Positions 1 to 9,684 of a stretch of 64,000 bases of DNA are shown one piece after another. A program made the translations under genes and the position numbers. The DNA is from Thermoproteota archaeon (GTDB taxonomy: Archaea > Korarchaeota > Korarchaeia > B14-G2): the NCBI GenBank assembly GCA_037917675.1, contig JAVCBW010000036.1:27307-91306 (forward strand). The letters are read 5' to 3'. A model generated the notes under the pieces. That model saw nothing but the letters and a program-made list of their open reading frames with translations. It was not told where the DNA came from and searched no databases. Position 1 is the first letter of the stretch. Every line of letters starts with the position of its first letter.

Positions 1-961
1 TCCTTCCAGCAAGGTAGAGCTGGGCGACGAGCTTGTCCCCTGCTTCAGCTACAGCCCTGCTTCTTAGCTTCTCTGGGATAGCGACTGTCATCTTGAGTAC
101 AGTCTTACCTATCTGAAACCTCCTTCCAAAAGCTTCCCTCCAGAGCTTCTCATAGCGTCTAGTGAAGCATATCCTCCCAGAGAAGAGGGCATACTTTATC
201 CCCTCCCCACTAGAGGGCATCACAAGGCCAGCTGCTTCGCCAGCAGCTACAACACCTTTAGCTGAAAGCTTCCTTATTGGGCCGCTGACACATACTGGCG
301 CAGCTCTGATGCTGCTGCCAAGCTCCAGCCTAAGCCTCCTCAAACCAACCTTAAGCCAGCTCTCAAGATTCCTCACGCTGGAAAACCCTCCTACACCGAA
401 GTTCACGCTCCCATCGCCTCTGGGAAAAGCCCAGCCATACCCGAAGGGAAGTATACTTATCAGGATCTCATCTTCACTTAGCCTACCCTTACAGTAGCAC
501 TGTAGAGCTGGAATAGACCTATACCCATGGTAGTTAAGCCCCCTCCATCTGGCTATGCTGCCAGGGTTCCCACTTGCATCCACGATAAGATCGTATTCAA
601 GCTTACTCCATGGTTTCACGCTTCTCCCCATTCTGACGACAGCTCCCTCTGACTCTGCTGCTTCCTTAAGCTCTCTGAGCATAGCCTTCTTGTCTATGAT
701 GTACCCGAAGGTGCTAGTAGCGTCTATTCTCTGAATAGGCTCCCAGTGCAAGCACAGTAGGCATCTAGTTACCTTGTTTAATATGAAGCACCTGCATCCT
801 GGCGGTAGATGTCTCAGCGCATCCTCTGGTACTCCCTCTCCACACGGCTTAAGACCAAGCTCACGATTCCTCTCGTATACCACCACATCATGCCCAGCCT
901 TAGAAGCCCAGTATGCACAGCTCAGCCCAGCTACTCCAGCTCCCACGACTGCTAGCCTCAA
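1..961 (-). CDS. Geranylgeranyl reductase-family FAD-dependent oxidoreductase (3' end outside the window)
   Basis: Manual translation from TTG at 961 (GGAGG upstream; ATG 973 also in frame): LRLAVVGAGVAGLS..KPCGEGVP..GYGWAFPRG..GEAAGLVMPSSGEGI. Open to the window edge, so absent from the ORF track. Confidence 0.85.
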   Translation of the reverse strand, partial: MRLAVVGAGVAGLSCAYWASKAGHDVVVYERNRELGLKPCGEGVPEDALRHLPPGCRCFILNKVTRCLLCLHWEPIQRIDATSTFGYIIDKKAMLRELKEAAESEGAVVRMGRSVKPWSKLEYDLIVDASGNPGSIARWRGLNYHGYRSIPALQCYCKGRLSEDEILISILPFGYGWAFPRGDGSVNFGVGGFSSVRNLESWLKVGLRRLRLELGSSIRAAPVCVSGPIRKLSAKGVVAAGEAAGLVMPSSGEGIKYALFSGRICFTRRYEKLWREAFGRRFQIGKTVLKMTVAIPEKLRSRAVAEAGDKLVAQLYLAGR

Positions 962-986
962 GCCTCCTCCCATGTCCTCATAACTG

Positions 987-993
987 TTATAAA
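987..993. promoter_or_regulatory. Probable shared TATA box for divergent genes
   Basis: TTATAAA/TTTATAA inside the inverted repeat CTGTT-ATA-AACAG, about 26-30 nt from starts at 961 (-) and 1023 (+). Confidence 0.5.
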
Positions 994-1022
994 CAGCTTC
1001 CCTAGCGATAGATGCCTCAAGA

Positions 1023-1145
1023 ATGGTGTTGGCTAGACCAGACGACTTTGATACCTTGCTCCAGGCTATGGCCAGGAACGTGCTTTTAGTCTTACTATCC
1101 GTAGCTCTAGCATCAGTAGGGCTCTCCATTACAGTGTTCATATGA
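1023..1145 (+). CDS. Small 40-aa protein with a single C-terminal transmembrane helix
   Basis: MVLARPDDFDTLLQAMARNVLLVLLSVALASVGLSITVFI*; TATA upstream and T-tract downstream. Confidence 0.5.
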   Translation: MVLARPDDFDTLLQAMARNVLLVLLSVALASVGLSITVFI

Positions 1146-1153
1146 AGTAGAGG

Positions 1154-1166
1154 CTTTTTTTCTTCT
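1154..1166 (+). terminator. Oligo-T archaeal terminator candidate
   Basis: CTTTTTTTCTTCT just after the 1145 stop. Confidence 0.4.
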
Positions 1167-1226
1167 ATGGTTAATACTTTTAAGCTATCCATCGTGAAGG
1201 TTGCTGAAAGCCCCTCGGGGGGTTAT

Positions 1227-1625
1227 ATGCCTACTCCAGGCTTCGACTTGACGGCAGCTATCACTTTAGCTCTCGCCTTCACTGTAGGTGCTGTTATAGG
1301 GACCATCGGCTTCATAATCGGTAGAATAATCTCGCCAAGGCGAGAGCTCCCAATGAAGCATGAGAGATACGAGTGTGGCAACAAGCCTATGGGGAGGGCT
1401 AGAGGATGGTTTGCAATGCAGTACTATCCATACCTCATAGTATTCCTCACAGTAGAGCCCATAGCGATATACTGCTTTCTTTCACTGATTCTTGCCAAGC
1501 AAGCTCTCCTCCAGGTGTCAGGTATCCTAGCACTGATAGTAGCTATGCTAGCTCCAACCTTACTCTTCGGTTTAGAGGCAGCTAGGAGGGTTGAACTATG
1601 GCTTGTTCAGGAGGAGTCGTCCTGA
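1227..1625 (+). CDS. nuoA: Complex I-like subunit A
   Basis: KHERYECGN motif, 3 TM segments, first gene of the operon; start taken at ATG 1227. Confidence 0.9.
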   Translation: MPTPGFDLTAAITLALAFTVGAVIGTIGFIIGRIISPRRELPMKHERYECGNKPMGRARGWFAMQYYPYLIVFLTVEPIAIYCFLSLILAKQALLQVSGILALIVAMLAPTLLFGLEAARRVELWLVQEESS

Positions 1626-2128
1626 TAGGCAAGCTCGAGGAGGCAGCTCGAAGAGCTGCACAATGGCTCATAGAGAAGCCTCCAATCAGGACGATAAGAG
1701 ACTGGGGAATAAGGTTTTCTCTCTGGCCAGTACACTTCACCACAGCATGCTGTGGTGCAGAGTTCGCAGCTGCATCAGGCCCAAGATATGACGCAGAGAG
1801 GTACGGTTTCCTCCCATTTACAGCTCCGAGGCAGTGTAATCTGATGCTGATAGAAGGCACTTTGACCAAGAAGATGGGTAGAGCTGCTAAGATAGTCTAT
1901 GACCAGATGCCTGAGCCAAAGTTCGTCATAGCGATGGGGGTCTGTGGCCTAGATGGAGGAATATTCTGGAACAGCTATAACATAGTGAGGCCATGGCAGA
2001 TTCTACCAGTCGAGGTGTTCATACCAGGCTGCCCACCTAGACCTGAGGCTGTGGCCCGAGCAATACTCATGCTCCAAGAGAAGATAAGGAGGGAAGGTGT
2101 CAGAGTTGAAGCTGGAGGAGGCACTTGA
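1598..2128 (+). CDS. nuoB: Complex I-like subunit B (N2 Fe-S)
   Basis: TACCGAE, MGVCG, IPGCPPRPEA. Confidence 0.95.
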   Translation: MACSGGVVLIGKLEEAARRAAQWLIEKPPIRTIRDWGIRFSLWPVHFTTACCGAEFAAASGPRYDAERYGFLPFTAPRQCNLMLIEGTLTKKMGRAAKIVYDQMPEPKFVIAMGVCGLDGGIFWNSYNIVRPWQILPVEVFIPGCPPRPEAVARAILMLQEKIRREGVRVEAGGGT

Positions 2129-2585
2129 GCTTCTTAAGGCTACATTAAGCGGCGTGGAATGTCTCATTGGAGAAGAAAGCGGGATACCAACTGTCAGAGC
2201 TACTCCAGAGAATCTCTCTAAGGCTGCTGAGAGGCTAAAGGAGGCTGGCTTCGACCATGTGAAGTCAGTGACTGGAATAGACTACCCAGAAGAGGGGAGC
2301 ATGGAGGTAGTATACCACATCTCGTCTTACACGAAGCCTGAGCTAGCGAAGCTAATAGTAGCTTTGAAAACCAAGGTTGAGAGAGGGTCGCCTAAGCTCA
2401 GCTCGCTCTATAGAATATGGCCTAGCTCCGCCTACCTAGAGTCAGAGACCTATGACCTGATGGGCATAGAGTTTGATGGAAATCCCAAGCAGAGGAGGCT
2501 TCTCCTACCTGAGGACTACGAGGGGATCCCCCCACTCAGGAAGGACTTCAAGATACCTGTTGAAGAGGTTGATGCAGTTGAGTGA
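2097..2585 (+). CDS. nuoC: Complex I-like subunit C
   Basis: VTGIDYP, ESETYDLMGIEFDGNP, PPLRKDF. Confidence 0.92.
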   Translation: MSELKLEEALELLKATLSGVECLIGEESGIPTVRATPENLSKAAERLKEAGFDHVKSVTGIDYPEEGSMEVVYHISSYTKPELAKLIVALKTKVERGSPKLSSLYRIWPSSAYLESETYDLMGIEFDGNPKQRRLLLPEDYEGIPPLRKDFKIPVEEVDAVE

Positions 2586-3741
2586 GAGGACAATCGAGCT
2601 CTACATAGGCCCTCAGCACCCTGGCTCAGGTCACATGAGATTCGACATAACTCTGGATGGAGACATAATAGTGAAGGCCGAGCCGAGCATAGGCTATGTA
2701 CACAGGTCAGTTGAGAAGATAGCTGAAACTAAGACATACATCCAAATAGTCCCTCTAGTTGAGAGGCCTTCTCTAGCTGACACAGTCAACCCAAACCTCG
2801 GCTACATCCTGGCAGTAGAGAAGCTCCTAGGGATCGAGGCTCCACCCAGAGCACAGTACCTGAGGACGCTTGCAGCTGAAGCAAACAGGATCCACAGCCA
2901 CTTCTATGGCATAGGGATCCTAGGCATAATGCTAGGTTCCTCAACAGCATTCATGTGGGCTTTCGCAGACAGGGAGATCATGATAGAGCTTCTTCAGATG
3001 CTGACTGGAGCCAGGATAACATACTCGTATATAGTTCCAGGTGGTGTCAGAAGAGATCTTCCAGCAGGCTTCAAGGAGGCTGCTGAAAAAGCGCTACGGT
3101 ACCTGGAGAGGAGGCTAAAGGACTACGAGAAGCTTTTCTTTGAGAACCCTGTTACTGTAGCTAGGCTTAAGGGAGTCGGGGTGTTAAGGAAGGAGGATGC
3201 CATAGCTCTAGGTATAGTGGGCCCAAACTTGAGGGCTTCAGGAGTTAACTATGATGTCAGAAGAGCAGACCCCTATGCTGCCTATAGCGATCTAGACTTC
3301 GAGGTCGTCGTCAAAGAGGAGGGAGACGCTTACGCTAGGCTTATGGCTAGAGTCGATGAGATAAAGCAGAGCATGCAGATAATAAGACAGGTTCTCGAGA
3401 AGATACCTGATGGCCCAATCCTCCACGAGAAGTACTATAGGATGATCCCTCCCAAAACCAGGCAGCAGATAGAGGAGACTGGCAGGCTTAAGTTTCCAGC
3501 TGCATTCGCAACGTTAAAGCCCCCGAAGGGAGAGGCTCTATCTAGAGTAGAGGGAGCTAGAGGAGAGTTCCTCTACTATGTTGTTAGCGATGGCTCACCT
3601 AACCCATATAGGTTCAGGATGGTCTCTCCGTCATTTAGGAACGTATGGCTGTTTGCTCACCTGCTCCCAGGCCATAGGCTAGCTGACATCCCAGCGATAT
3701 ATGGCAGCATAGACTACTTCCCTCCTTGTGCTGACAGGTGA
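2572..3741 (+). CDS. nuoD: Complex I-like subunit D
   Basis: GPQHPGSGH, GYVHRSVEK, GPNLRASGV, RVEGARGE; lacks both NiFe CxxC motifs; start at ATG 2572. Confidence 0.93.
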   Translation: MQLSERTIELYIGPQHPGSGHMRFDITLDGDIIVKAEPSIGYVHRSVEKIAETKTYIQIVPLVERPSLADTVNPNLGYILAVEKLLGIEAPPRAQYLRTLAAEANRIHSHFYGIGILGIMLGSSTAFMWAFADREIMIELLQMLTGARITYSYIVPGGVRRDLPAGFKEAAEKALRYLERRLKDYEKLFFENPVTVARLKGVGVLRKEDAIALGIVGPNLRASGVNYDVRRADPYAAYSDLDFEVVVKEEGDAYARLMARVDEIKQSMQIIRQVLEKIPDGPILHEKYYRMIPPKTRQQIEETGRLKFPAAFATLKPPKGEALSRVEGARGEFLYYVVSDGSPNPYRFRMVSPSFRNVWLFAHLLPGHRLADIPAIYGSIDYFPPCADR

Positions 3742-3750
3742 GGTGGTATC

Positions 3751-4776
3751 ATGCAGGTGTCTATGATCATAAGCTGGCTGATAAATCTCCTCTTCTATCG
3801 GCCTGAAGTGTTCTGTCCCCTATTCTATCCTGGGCTAGTCACGATACTAGCACTTCTCCTATTCATAATCTGGCTTGAAAGGAAGATAGCTGGCAAGGTA
3901 CAGCTCAGATACGGGCCCCTCTACGTCACCAGGAAGGCTGGTGGAGTCCTCCAGCTGCTAGCAGACCTCCTCAGGTACCTGTTCCAGGAGCCTATCATAC
4001 CGAAGACTGTAGACAAGATAGCCTTCATAGCAGGCCCAGTCCTCTTGTTCACAACAGCTTATGTGCCTGCAGCTATCCTGCCAGCTACAGCAGAGTTCAC
4101 AGGGCTGAGAAGTGACCTCAGCCTGCTAGCTGTGCTAGCTCTCCTCACTCTAGCACCGATATTCGACATGATAATAGGCTGGGGTAGCAACAACAAGTTC
4201 AGCTTGATAGGAAGCCTAAGAGAAGGATACCTCGTGATGTCATATGAGATCCCGATGTTCCTCTCCACTCTAGCGATAGCAATGGTATATGGGAGCTTAG
4301 ACCTAGTTGAGATAGTTGAGATGCAGAGACACTACTGGGGCATCTTACTCAACCCAATTGCAGCAATAACATTCCTCCTAGTTGCTCTCATGTCTACAGC
4401 CAGATTCCCATTTGAGATAGCTGAAGCTGAGACAGAGATAGTCATGGGGCCCTACACAGAGTACAGTGGAATCCTATACGGCCTGCTGATGGGTGCTAGC
4501 TATGTCAAGTTCTATGTGCTAAGCATGCTCTTCGCTCTCCTGTTCCTAGGAGGATGGCATCCTGGCATCACATGGCTCGAGAAGATACATCCAGCTGCAC
4601 CAGGCCTAGTGGTGTTTATCAAAGCCCTTATCATAATGGTGTTTGGCATATTTCTGAGAGCAGTATACCCAAGGTTCAGGGTAGACCAGGCGATAAGGAT
4701 AGGCTGGCACATGCTGTTTGTGCTCTCAATGCTCTCAATAGTCTACTCTCTAGCTGTAATCTGGCTGGTAGGGTGA
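3751..4776 (+). CDS. nuoH: Complex I-like subunit H
   Basis: ERKIAGKVQLRYGP, RFPFEIAEAETE, PRFRVDQ. Confidence 0.95.
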   Translation: MQVSMIISWLINLLFYRPEVFCPLFYPGLVTILALLLFIIWLERKIAGKVQLRYGPLYVTRKAGGVLQLLADLLRYLFQEPIIPKTVDKIAFIAGPVLLFTTAYVPAAILPATAEFTGLRSDLSLLAVLALLTLAPIFDMIIGWGSNNKFSLIGSLREGYLVMSYEIPMFLSTLAIAMVYGSLDLVEIVEMQRHYWGILLNPIAAITFLLVALMSTARFPFEIAEAETEIVMGPYTEYSGILYGLLMGASYVKFYVLSMLFALLFLGGWHPGITWLEKIHPAAPGLVVFIKALIIMVFGIFLRAVYPRFRVDQAIRIGWHMLFVLSMLSIVYSLAVIWLVG

Positions 4777-4780
4777 TAGC

Positions 4781-5257
4781 ATGGAGCTTCCTAAGAGGGT
4801 TGCTCATCATATAGAAGCACTCTTGACAGGAGCCAAGTACCTGGTTGCAAAGCCTAGGATAACAGTGATGTATCCTGAGGAAGCTCAGATGCTTCCAGAA
4901 GGCTACAGGGGGATGCCTAAGTTCAACAAAGAGAAGTGCAGGAGCTGCAGTCTCTGTGCTAGGATCTGCCCAGCTAACGCCATAAAGATGTATGCTTTTG
5001 AATCTGAGGATGGGAAAAAGAAGAAGTATCCTGGGATAAACTACAATAGATGCATTTTCTGTGGGTTCTGTGTTGATATCTGCCCAGCTGGCTCCCTAGA
5101 ATTCACCGACATCCACGACTATGCCTCATATAGCCTCGAAGACCTAATATTCAAGCCTGATAGACTTGCTGAAGGCCCTCCCCCGAGGCCTTTCAAGCCT
5201 AAGCTAGTTAAGCCCATATTAGATGAGGAGGTGGGGTTGAAGTATGTTTCAGGCTAG
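4781..5257 (+). CDS. nuoI: Complex I-like subunit I (2x[4Fe-4S])
   Basis: Two CxxCxxCxxxCP motifs. Confidence 0.93.
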   Translation: MELPKRVAHHIEALLTGAKYLVAKPRITVMYPEEAQMLPEGYRGMPKFNKEKCRSCSLCARICPANAIKMYAFESEDGKKKKYPGINYNRCIFCGFCVDICPAGSLEFTDIHDYASYSLEDLIFKPDRLAEGPPPRPFKPKLVKPILDEEVGLKYVSG

Positions 5258-5729
5258 CATAGTTGAAGGCCTGATATTCACGCTGGCTGCAGCCCTCACG
5301 ATAACCTCAGCTGCGCTCGTAGTATCCATGAGGTCCCTAGTCTACTCTGCCTTCTTCCTAGCTCTAGTGGGTGCAGGGAATGCTATCTTCATGGCCATGC
5401 TCGGGTTCCCAGTGCTGTCACTATTCCAGCTATCAGTTTACGTTGGAGCTGCAGTAACATTCATCCTGTTCTCTATAACCATGTTCAGGAAGCCAGTAAG
5501 GGTAGAGGCTGCAGCCAGCATGCTAGCACTAGATGCTGCAGCCCTGGTTGCAGCAGGCTTACTCTATGCATTCCAGTCAGTCACAGGGGCACCTGTCTCA
5601 GTCAGCTTCAGGGAGATATCATCCCTGCTTATAGGCAAGTACAGGTTTGCTCTGATCATAGCATCTCTAGCCCTCGTCACCACGCTTATTGAAGCTATAA
5701 CTCTAGCTATGAGAGGTGAGATGAGATGA
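5244..5729 (+). CDS. nuoJ: Complex I-like subunit J
   Basis: FQLSVYVGA motif, hydrophobic, operon position. Confidence 0.88.
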   Translation: MFQASIVEGLIFTLAAALTITSAALVVSMRSLVYSAFFLALVGAGNAIFMAMLGFPVLSLFQLSVYVGAAVTFILFSITMFRKPVRVEAAASMLALDAAALVAAGLLYAFQSVTGAPVSVSFREISSLLIGKYRFALIIASLALVTTLIEAITLAMRGEMR

Positions 5730-6028
5730 CCGTCTTGCCCTACCTAGCTGTATCTGCCTGCCTTTTTGGAATAGGCCTATATGGCCTGATGTCAAGTAGG
5801 AATTTCATCAAGATGCTCCTGTCAGCTGAGGTGATATTCAACGGCGGCTTGCTTGCACTGCTCTCCATGGCAGCTGCCTCAGGAGCTGCCCCAGTTGGAG
5901 GCGCCATAGCTATACTTGCCATAGCAATAGCTGCAGCTGAAGTAGGTGTAGCTGTCTCGATAGCTATCCTCATGTTCATGCTGAAGGGAGACGTAGACGT
6001 GTATAAGCTTGAGAAGTTTAAAGGGTGA
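5726..6028 (+). CDS. nuoK: Complex I-like subunit K
   Basis: LLSAEVIFN, AIAAAEVGV. Confidence 0.92.
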   Translation: MTVLPYLAVSACLFGIGLYGLMSSRNFIKMLLSAEVIFNGGLLALLSMAAASGAAPVGGAIAILAIAIAAAEVGVAVSIAILMFMLKGDVDVYKLEKFKG

Positions 6029-7572
6029 GTGACATGCAGCTGGGATTTCCAGTCCTGATGTCCACTGTGGTTGTTCCCATATTAGGATCTCTGCTGCTGC
6101 CACTATTCGGCAAGGATGAAAGCCCAGAAGCCAACGCTACAGCAGCAACCATGCTACTGCTATGGCCTCTAGTAGCCATAGCAGGGCTCATGGCTGTCAC
6201 AGGGCTTAAGGAGCCTGTAATAGATCCACCTGTCCTTGCAAGCACCAGAGCAGGCGTTTTCACCATGATACTAGATGGGCTGAATGCTCCGCTAGCTATC
6301 TCGATAGCAGTGGTCACAGCATTCGTATCAGCATACTCCCTGCCATACATGAAGCATAGGTTCGAAGAGATGGAGCATGAAGGCGAAAAGCCCCCATCCT
6401 GGGGAGTATACTACATGCTCTACGTCATGTTCTCTGCTGCAATGCTTGGTACAGTCCTCTCAACAAACATCCTTGAGTTCTACTTGTTCCTGGAGCTCAG
6501 CTTGCTTCCAAGCTTCCTCCTGATAGCTTTCTACGGCTACGGTGAGAGAGCTAGGATAGCTATACTGTATCTAATCTGGACTCACATAGGAGCTCTCCTA
6601 TTCCTAGCTGGAGCAATGGTTCTAGGACTGAAGACCGGGATATTCGACATAATAAACCCAGCTACTATGCAGCACTACATAGCACTAGGAGAGAGGCTCC
6701 CAGCAGCTATGAGGATGCCTGTAGCAATAGCTCTCATAGTAGGGCTTTTCATCAAGATGGCTGTCTTCGGCGTGCACATATGGCTACCATATGCACATGC
6801 TGAGGCACCTACCCCAGTGTCAGCTCTCCTGTCACCAAACCTGATAGGGATAGCAGGCTACGCGCTAGTCAGGATAAGCTACACGTTCTTTCCAGCGGAG
6901 TTCAAGGCTCTATCTCCATACCTGTCGTTTCTAGCCCTCCTCACAATGATATATGGTGGGTTCATGGTTCTAGCTCAAGACGACTTCAAGAGGCTACTAG
7001 CATACTCTAGCATAAGCCAAATGGGCTACATCCTGCTAGGTGTTTCAAGCCTGCTTCCAAGCGGGATAGCTGGAGCAATGCTCCACTACGCTTCACATGC
7101 AGTCGGGAAAGCTCTGCTCTTCATGACTGCAGGAGCCCTGATAGTGCAGCTACATGGGCTGAGAAGCATAAGCAAGATGGGTGGGCTAGCACCAAAGATG
7201 CCGTATACAGCTGCACTAGCTCTGATAGGCTTCATGCACATCACTGGTGTGCCTCCTTCACTAGGGCTATGGAGTGAGATCTTCATCGTAATGGGTGCAG
7301 TCAACAGAGCCATGGAATCAGGGTCAAATTGCTTCATAGCTCTCGTAGCTGGCCTGATTGCAGCCATAGGGCTATCTACAGCATACTCCTTCGTCACCAT
7401 GAAGAGGATATTCTTCGGTGAGCCCTCCAAGGCATCTGAGGAAGCTAGGGAGGCGAGCAAAGGCATCATAGTGCCTATGGCCCTCATAGCTGCTATGGGC
7501 ATGATACTCTTCCTGATCCCCTATAAGCTCGTCAACCCACTAGTAGAGCTAGCAGCTTCTCTACTGAGGTGA
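6025..7572 (+). CDS. nuoM: Complex I-like antiporter subunit M
   Basis: HIWLPYAHAEAPTPVSALL, DFKRLLAYSSISQMG. Confidence 0.92.
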   Translation: MSDMQLGFPVLMSTVVVPILGSLLLPLFGKDESPEANATAATMLLLWPLVAIAGLMAVTGLKEPVIDPPVLASTRAGVFTMILDGLNAPLAISIAVVTAFVSAYSLPYMKHRFEEMEHEGEKPPSWGVYYMLYVMFSAAMLGTVLSTNILEFYLFLELSLLPSFLLIAFYGYGERARIAILYLIWTHIGALLFLAGAMVLGLKTGIFDIINPATMQHYIALGERLPAAMRMPVAIALIVGLFIKMAVFGVHIWLPYAHAEAPTPVSALLSPNLIGIAGYALVRISYTFFPAEFKALSPYLSFLALLTMIYGGFMVLAQDDFKRLLAYSSISQMGYILLGVSSLLPSGIAGAMLHYASHAVGKALLFMTAGALIVQLHGLRSISKMGGLAPKMPYTAALALIGFMHITGVPPSLGLWSEIFIVMGAVNRAMESGSNCFIALVAGLIAAIGLSTAYSFVTMKRIFFGEPSKASEEAREASKGIIVPMALIAAMGMILFLIPYKLVNPLVELAASLLR

Positions 7573-9683
7573 AGCCCTTGGAGCTAGCTGTAGCCTCAGC
7601 TGTACTCACATGGCTACTACCATACATTGGAGCTCTGGTAGCAGTGGTAGCTAGAGGCAAGGCTAGAGACTACGCTTGCGTCGGGGCTCTGCTAGTCAGC
7701 GCCCTCCTCTCCACAGTGCTCTGGCAGTCAGTGATAGCTAGAGAGGAGCCTGTAGTCTTCAGGAAGCCTTGGATCGAGGCTTCAGGCCTAGAGGTAAACC
7801 TCGGAGTGTACGTGGATAGCTTAGCAGCCTACATGGGGCTAGTTGTAGCCTGGTTATGCTTCCTGATAGGCTTCTACAGCTTGAAGTACATGGAGGGCGA
7901 CCCAGGCTTAACCAGATACTGGTTCTTCTTCGATTTCTTCGTGGGCTCAATGCTCCTCCTAGTCTATGCTGAGAACCTGATAACAATGTTCCTAGGCTGG
8001 GAGGGGACAGGCTTGGCATCATATGCCCTAATAGGCCACTGGTACACTGATGAAGAGGAGCGCTGGGTAGGTGACCCAGGAAGAAGGGCATTAGGGGTTC
8101 CAATGTGGTTCCCACCAAGCCACAGTGGGGTGAGAGCCATAGTCTTCACTAGGCTGGGCGATGTAGGCTTCATAGCTGGCATAGCAGTACTATATGCGCT
8201 TACAGGGACATTTAGCATACCTGAGCTAGCTGAGCACCCAGAATACTGGGCTCTCCCCCTGGCAACAAGAGGCCTCCTCTATCCTCTACTGCTCATATTC
8301 TCGCTAGGAGCACTAGCTAAGAGCGCCCAATTCCCGTTCCACGAGTGGCTTGTCACAGCGATGACAGGCCCAACATCAGTTTCAGCCCTGATACATGCTG
8401 CAACCATGGTTAAGGCTGGAGTCTTCTTCATGCTGAGGTTTGCCCCAATATTTGTGGCAGCAGCCCACATACATGAGGCAGCACCGCAAGTACACGCCTT
8501 CTTCGCTACAGTAGCCCTGATAGGAGGGTTCACAGCATTCTTCATGGCAACCCAGGCTACAGTAGCTAGGGAGCTGAAGCTCATACTGGCATTCTCGACA
8601 GCATCTCAGCTAGGCTACATGTTCCTGGCAATAGGGTCCTCAGGCCTCCTACACGAGTTCATAGGTGGGTTCACAGCTTGCTTCAACCACCTGATGAGCC
8701 ATGCTGTATTCAAGGCGTCTCTGTTCTTAGCAGCTGGAGCAATAATACATGCTGTCCACTCTAGGTTCATAGATGACATGGGTGGCCTCTCGAAGTACAT
8801 GAAGCTCACCTTCATAGCTATGCTCCTAGCAGCACTAAGCCTGTCAGGAGTCCCGCCATTCATGGGGTTCTGGTCCAAAGACTCTGTTATCGAGGCTGCA
8901 AAGCACGCGCACCTAGCTCTACCCTATGCATTTGGGGTCATAACATCGCTTTTGACGGCATTCTACTCAATGAGGATGCTTTGCATAGTGTTCCTAAGCC
9001 GAGAGTCCAAGACTGTAAAGCATGTACTAGAGGAGCACAAGCTTCATGAGGCTCATCCAGTAATGCTAGCCCCATATCTGCTGCTAGCTATAGTGTCGAT
9101 AGGTCTAGGCGTAGCTTGGCCACTAGCCTACCCAGCTCTAATGAGGACATTAACATGCAATGTCGTAGGTCTAGAAGAGGCTCCACGCGAGTTCCACCTA
9201 CACATTGATATGCAGCTTACAGCTACATGCTCCACACTAGTAGCAATAGGCCTCTTGGTAGCTATAGCAAACTACTTTAAGCCAGCTTTCAGGCTGGATG
9301 CTACCCTACTGAAGCAGCCTCTGCTGAAAGCTCTCAGAGACTTTTTATATGACAGGTGGCTCCTCAACTCTATATACTACAGGGTTTTAGTCTATGGTGG
9401 AGCAGCTTTCGCCAGAGCAGTCTTCAAGTGGTTCGACACCCTCATAATAGATGGAATATACCACAGGCTAATACCGTGGCTCACGCTGTGGTTCAGCAGA
9501 GAAGCATTTGAGAGCTTTGAGACACCAGTCATAGATGAAGGCTACCACAGCAAGATCCCACATGCATTCATTGAGGCAGGTAGCGTTTTCAGGAGGGCTC
9601 AAACTGGCCGCATAAACCACTACCTACTCACGTTCTTCACAGGATTAGTTGTTGTAGCCATACTAATCCTCTGGGTGATATGA
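7569..9683 (+). CDS. nuoL: Complex I-like antiporter subunit L
   Basis: AKSAQFPFHEWL, AMTGPTSVSALIHAATMVKAG, QTGRINHY. Confidence 0.93.
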   Translation: MKPLELAVASAVLTWLLPYIGALVAVVARGKARDYACVGALLVSALLSTVLWQSVIAREEPVVFRKPWIEASGLEVNLGVYVDSLAAYMGLVVAWLCFLIGFYSLKYMEGDPGLTRYWFFFDFFVGSMLLLVYAENLITMFLGWEGTGLASYALIGHWYTDEEERWVGDPGRRALGVPMWFPPSHSGVRAIVFTRLGDVGFIAGIAVLYALTGTFSIPELAEHPEYWALPLATRGLLYPLLLIFSLGALAKSAQFPFHEWLVTAMTGPTSVSALIHAATMVKAGVFFMLRFAPIFVAAAHIHEAAPQVHAFFATVALIGGFTAFFMATQATVARELKLILAFSTASQLGYMFLAIGSSGLLHEFIGGFTACFNHLMSHAVFKASLFLAAGAIIHAVHSRFIDDMGGLSKYMKLTFIAMLLAALSLSGVPPFMGFWSKDSVIEAAKHAHLALPYAFGVITSLLTAFYSMRMLCIVFLSRESKTVKHVLEEHKLHEAHPVMLAPYLLLAIVSIGLGVAWPLAYPALMRTLTCNVVGLEEAPREFHLHIDMQLTATCSTLVAIGLLVAIANYFKPAFRLDATLLKQPLLKALRDFLYDRWLLNSIYYRVLVYGGAAFARAVFKWFDTLIIDGIYHRLIPWLTLWFSREAFESFETPVIDEGYHSKIPHAFIEAGSVFRRAQTGRINHYLLTFFTGLVVVAILILWVI

Positions 9684-9684
9684 G

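Noticed and set aside
162-983. Plus-strand ORFs 162-497 and 774-983, and the many short antisense ORFs across the window
   Set aside because: They are shadows of well-supported genes on the opposite strand, with Ser/Pro/Leu-rich composition and no motifs.
2572-3741. Group 4 energy-converting hydrogenase large subunit
   Set aside because: Both Ni-binding CxxC motifs are absent.
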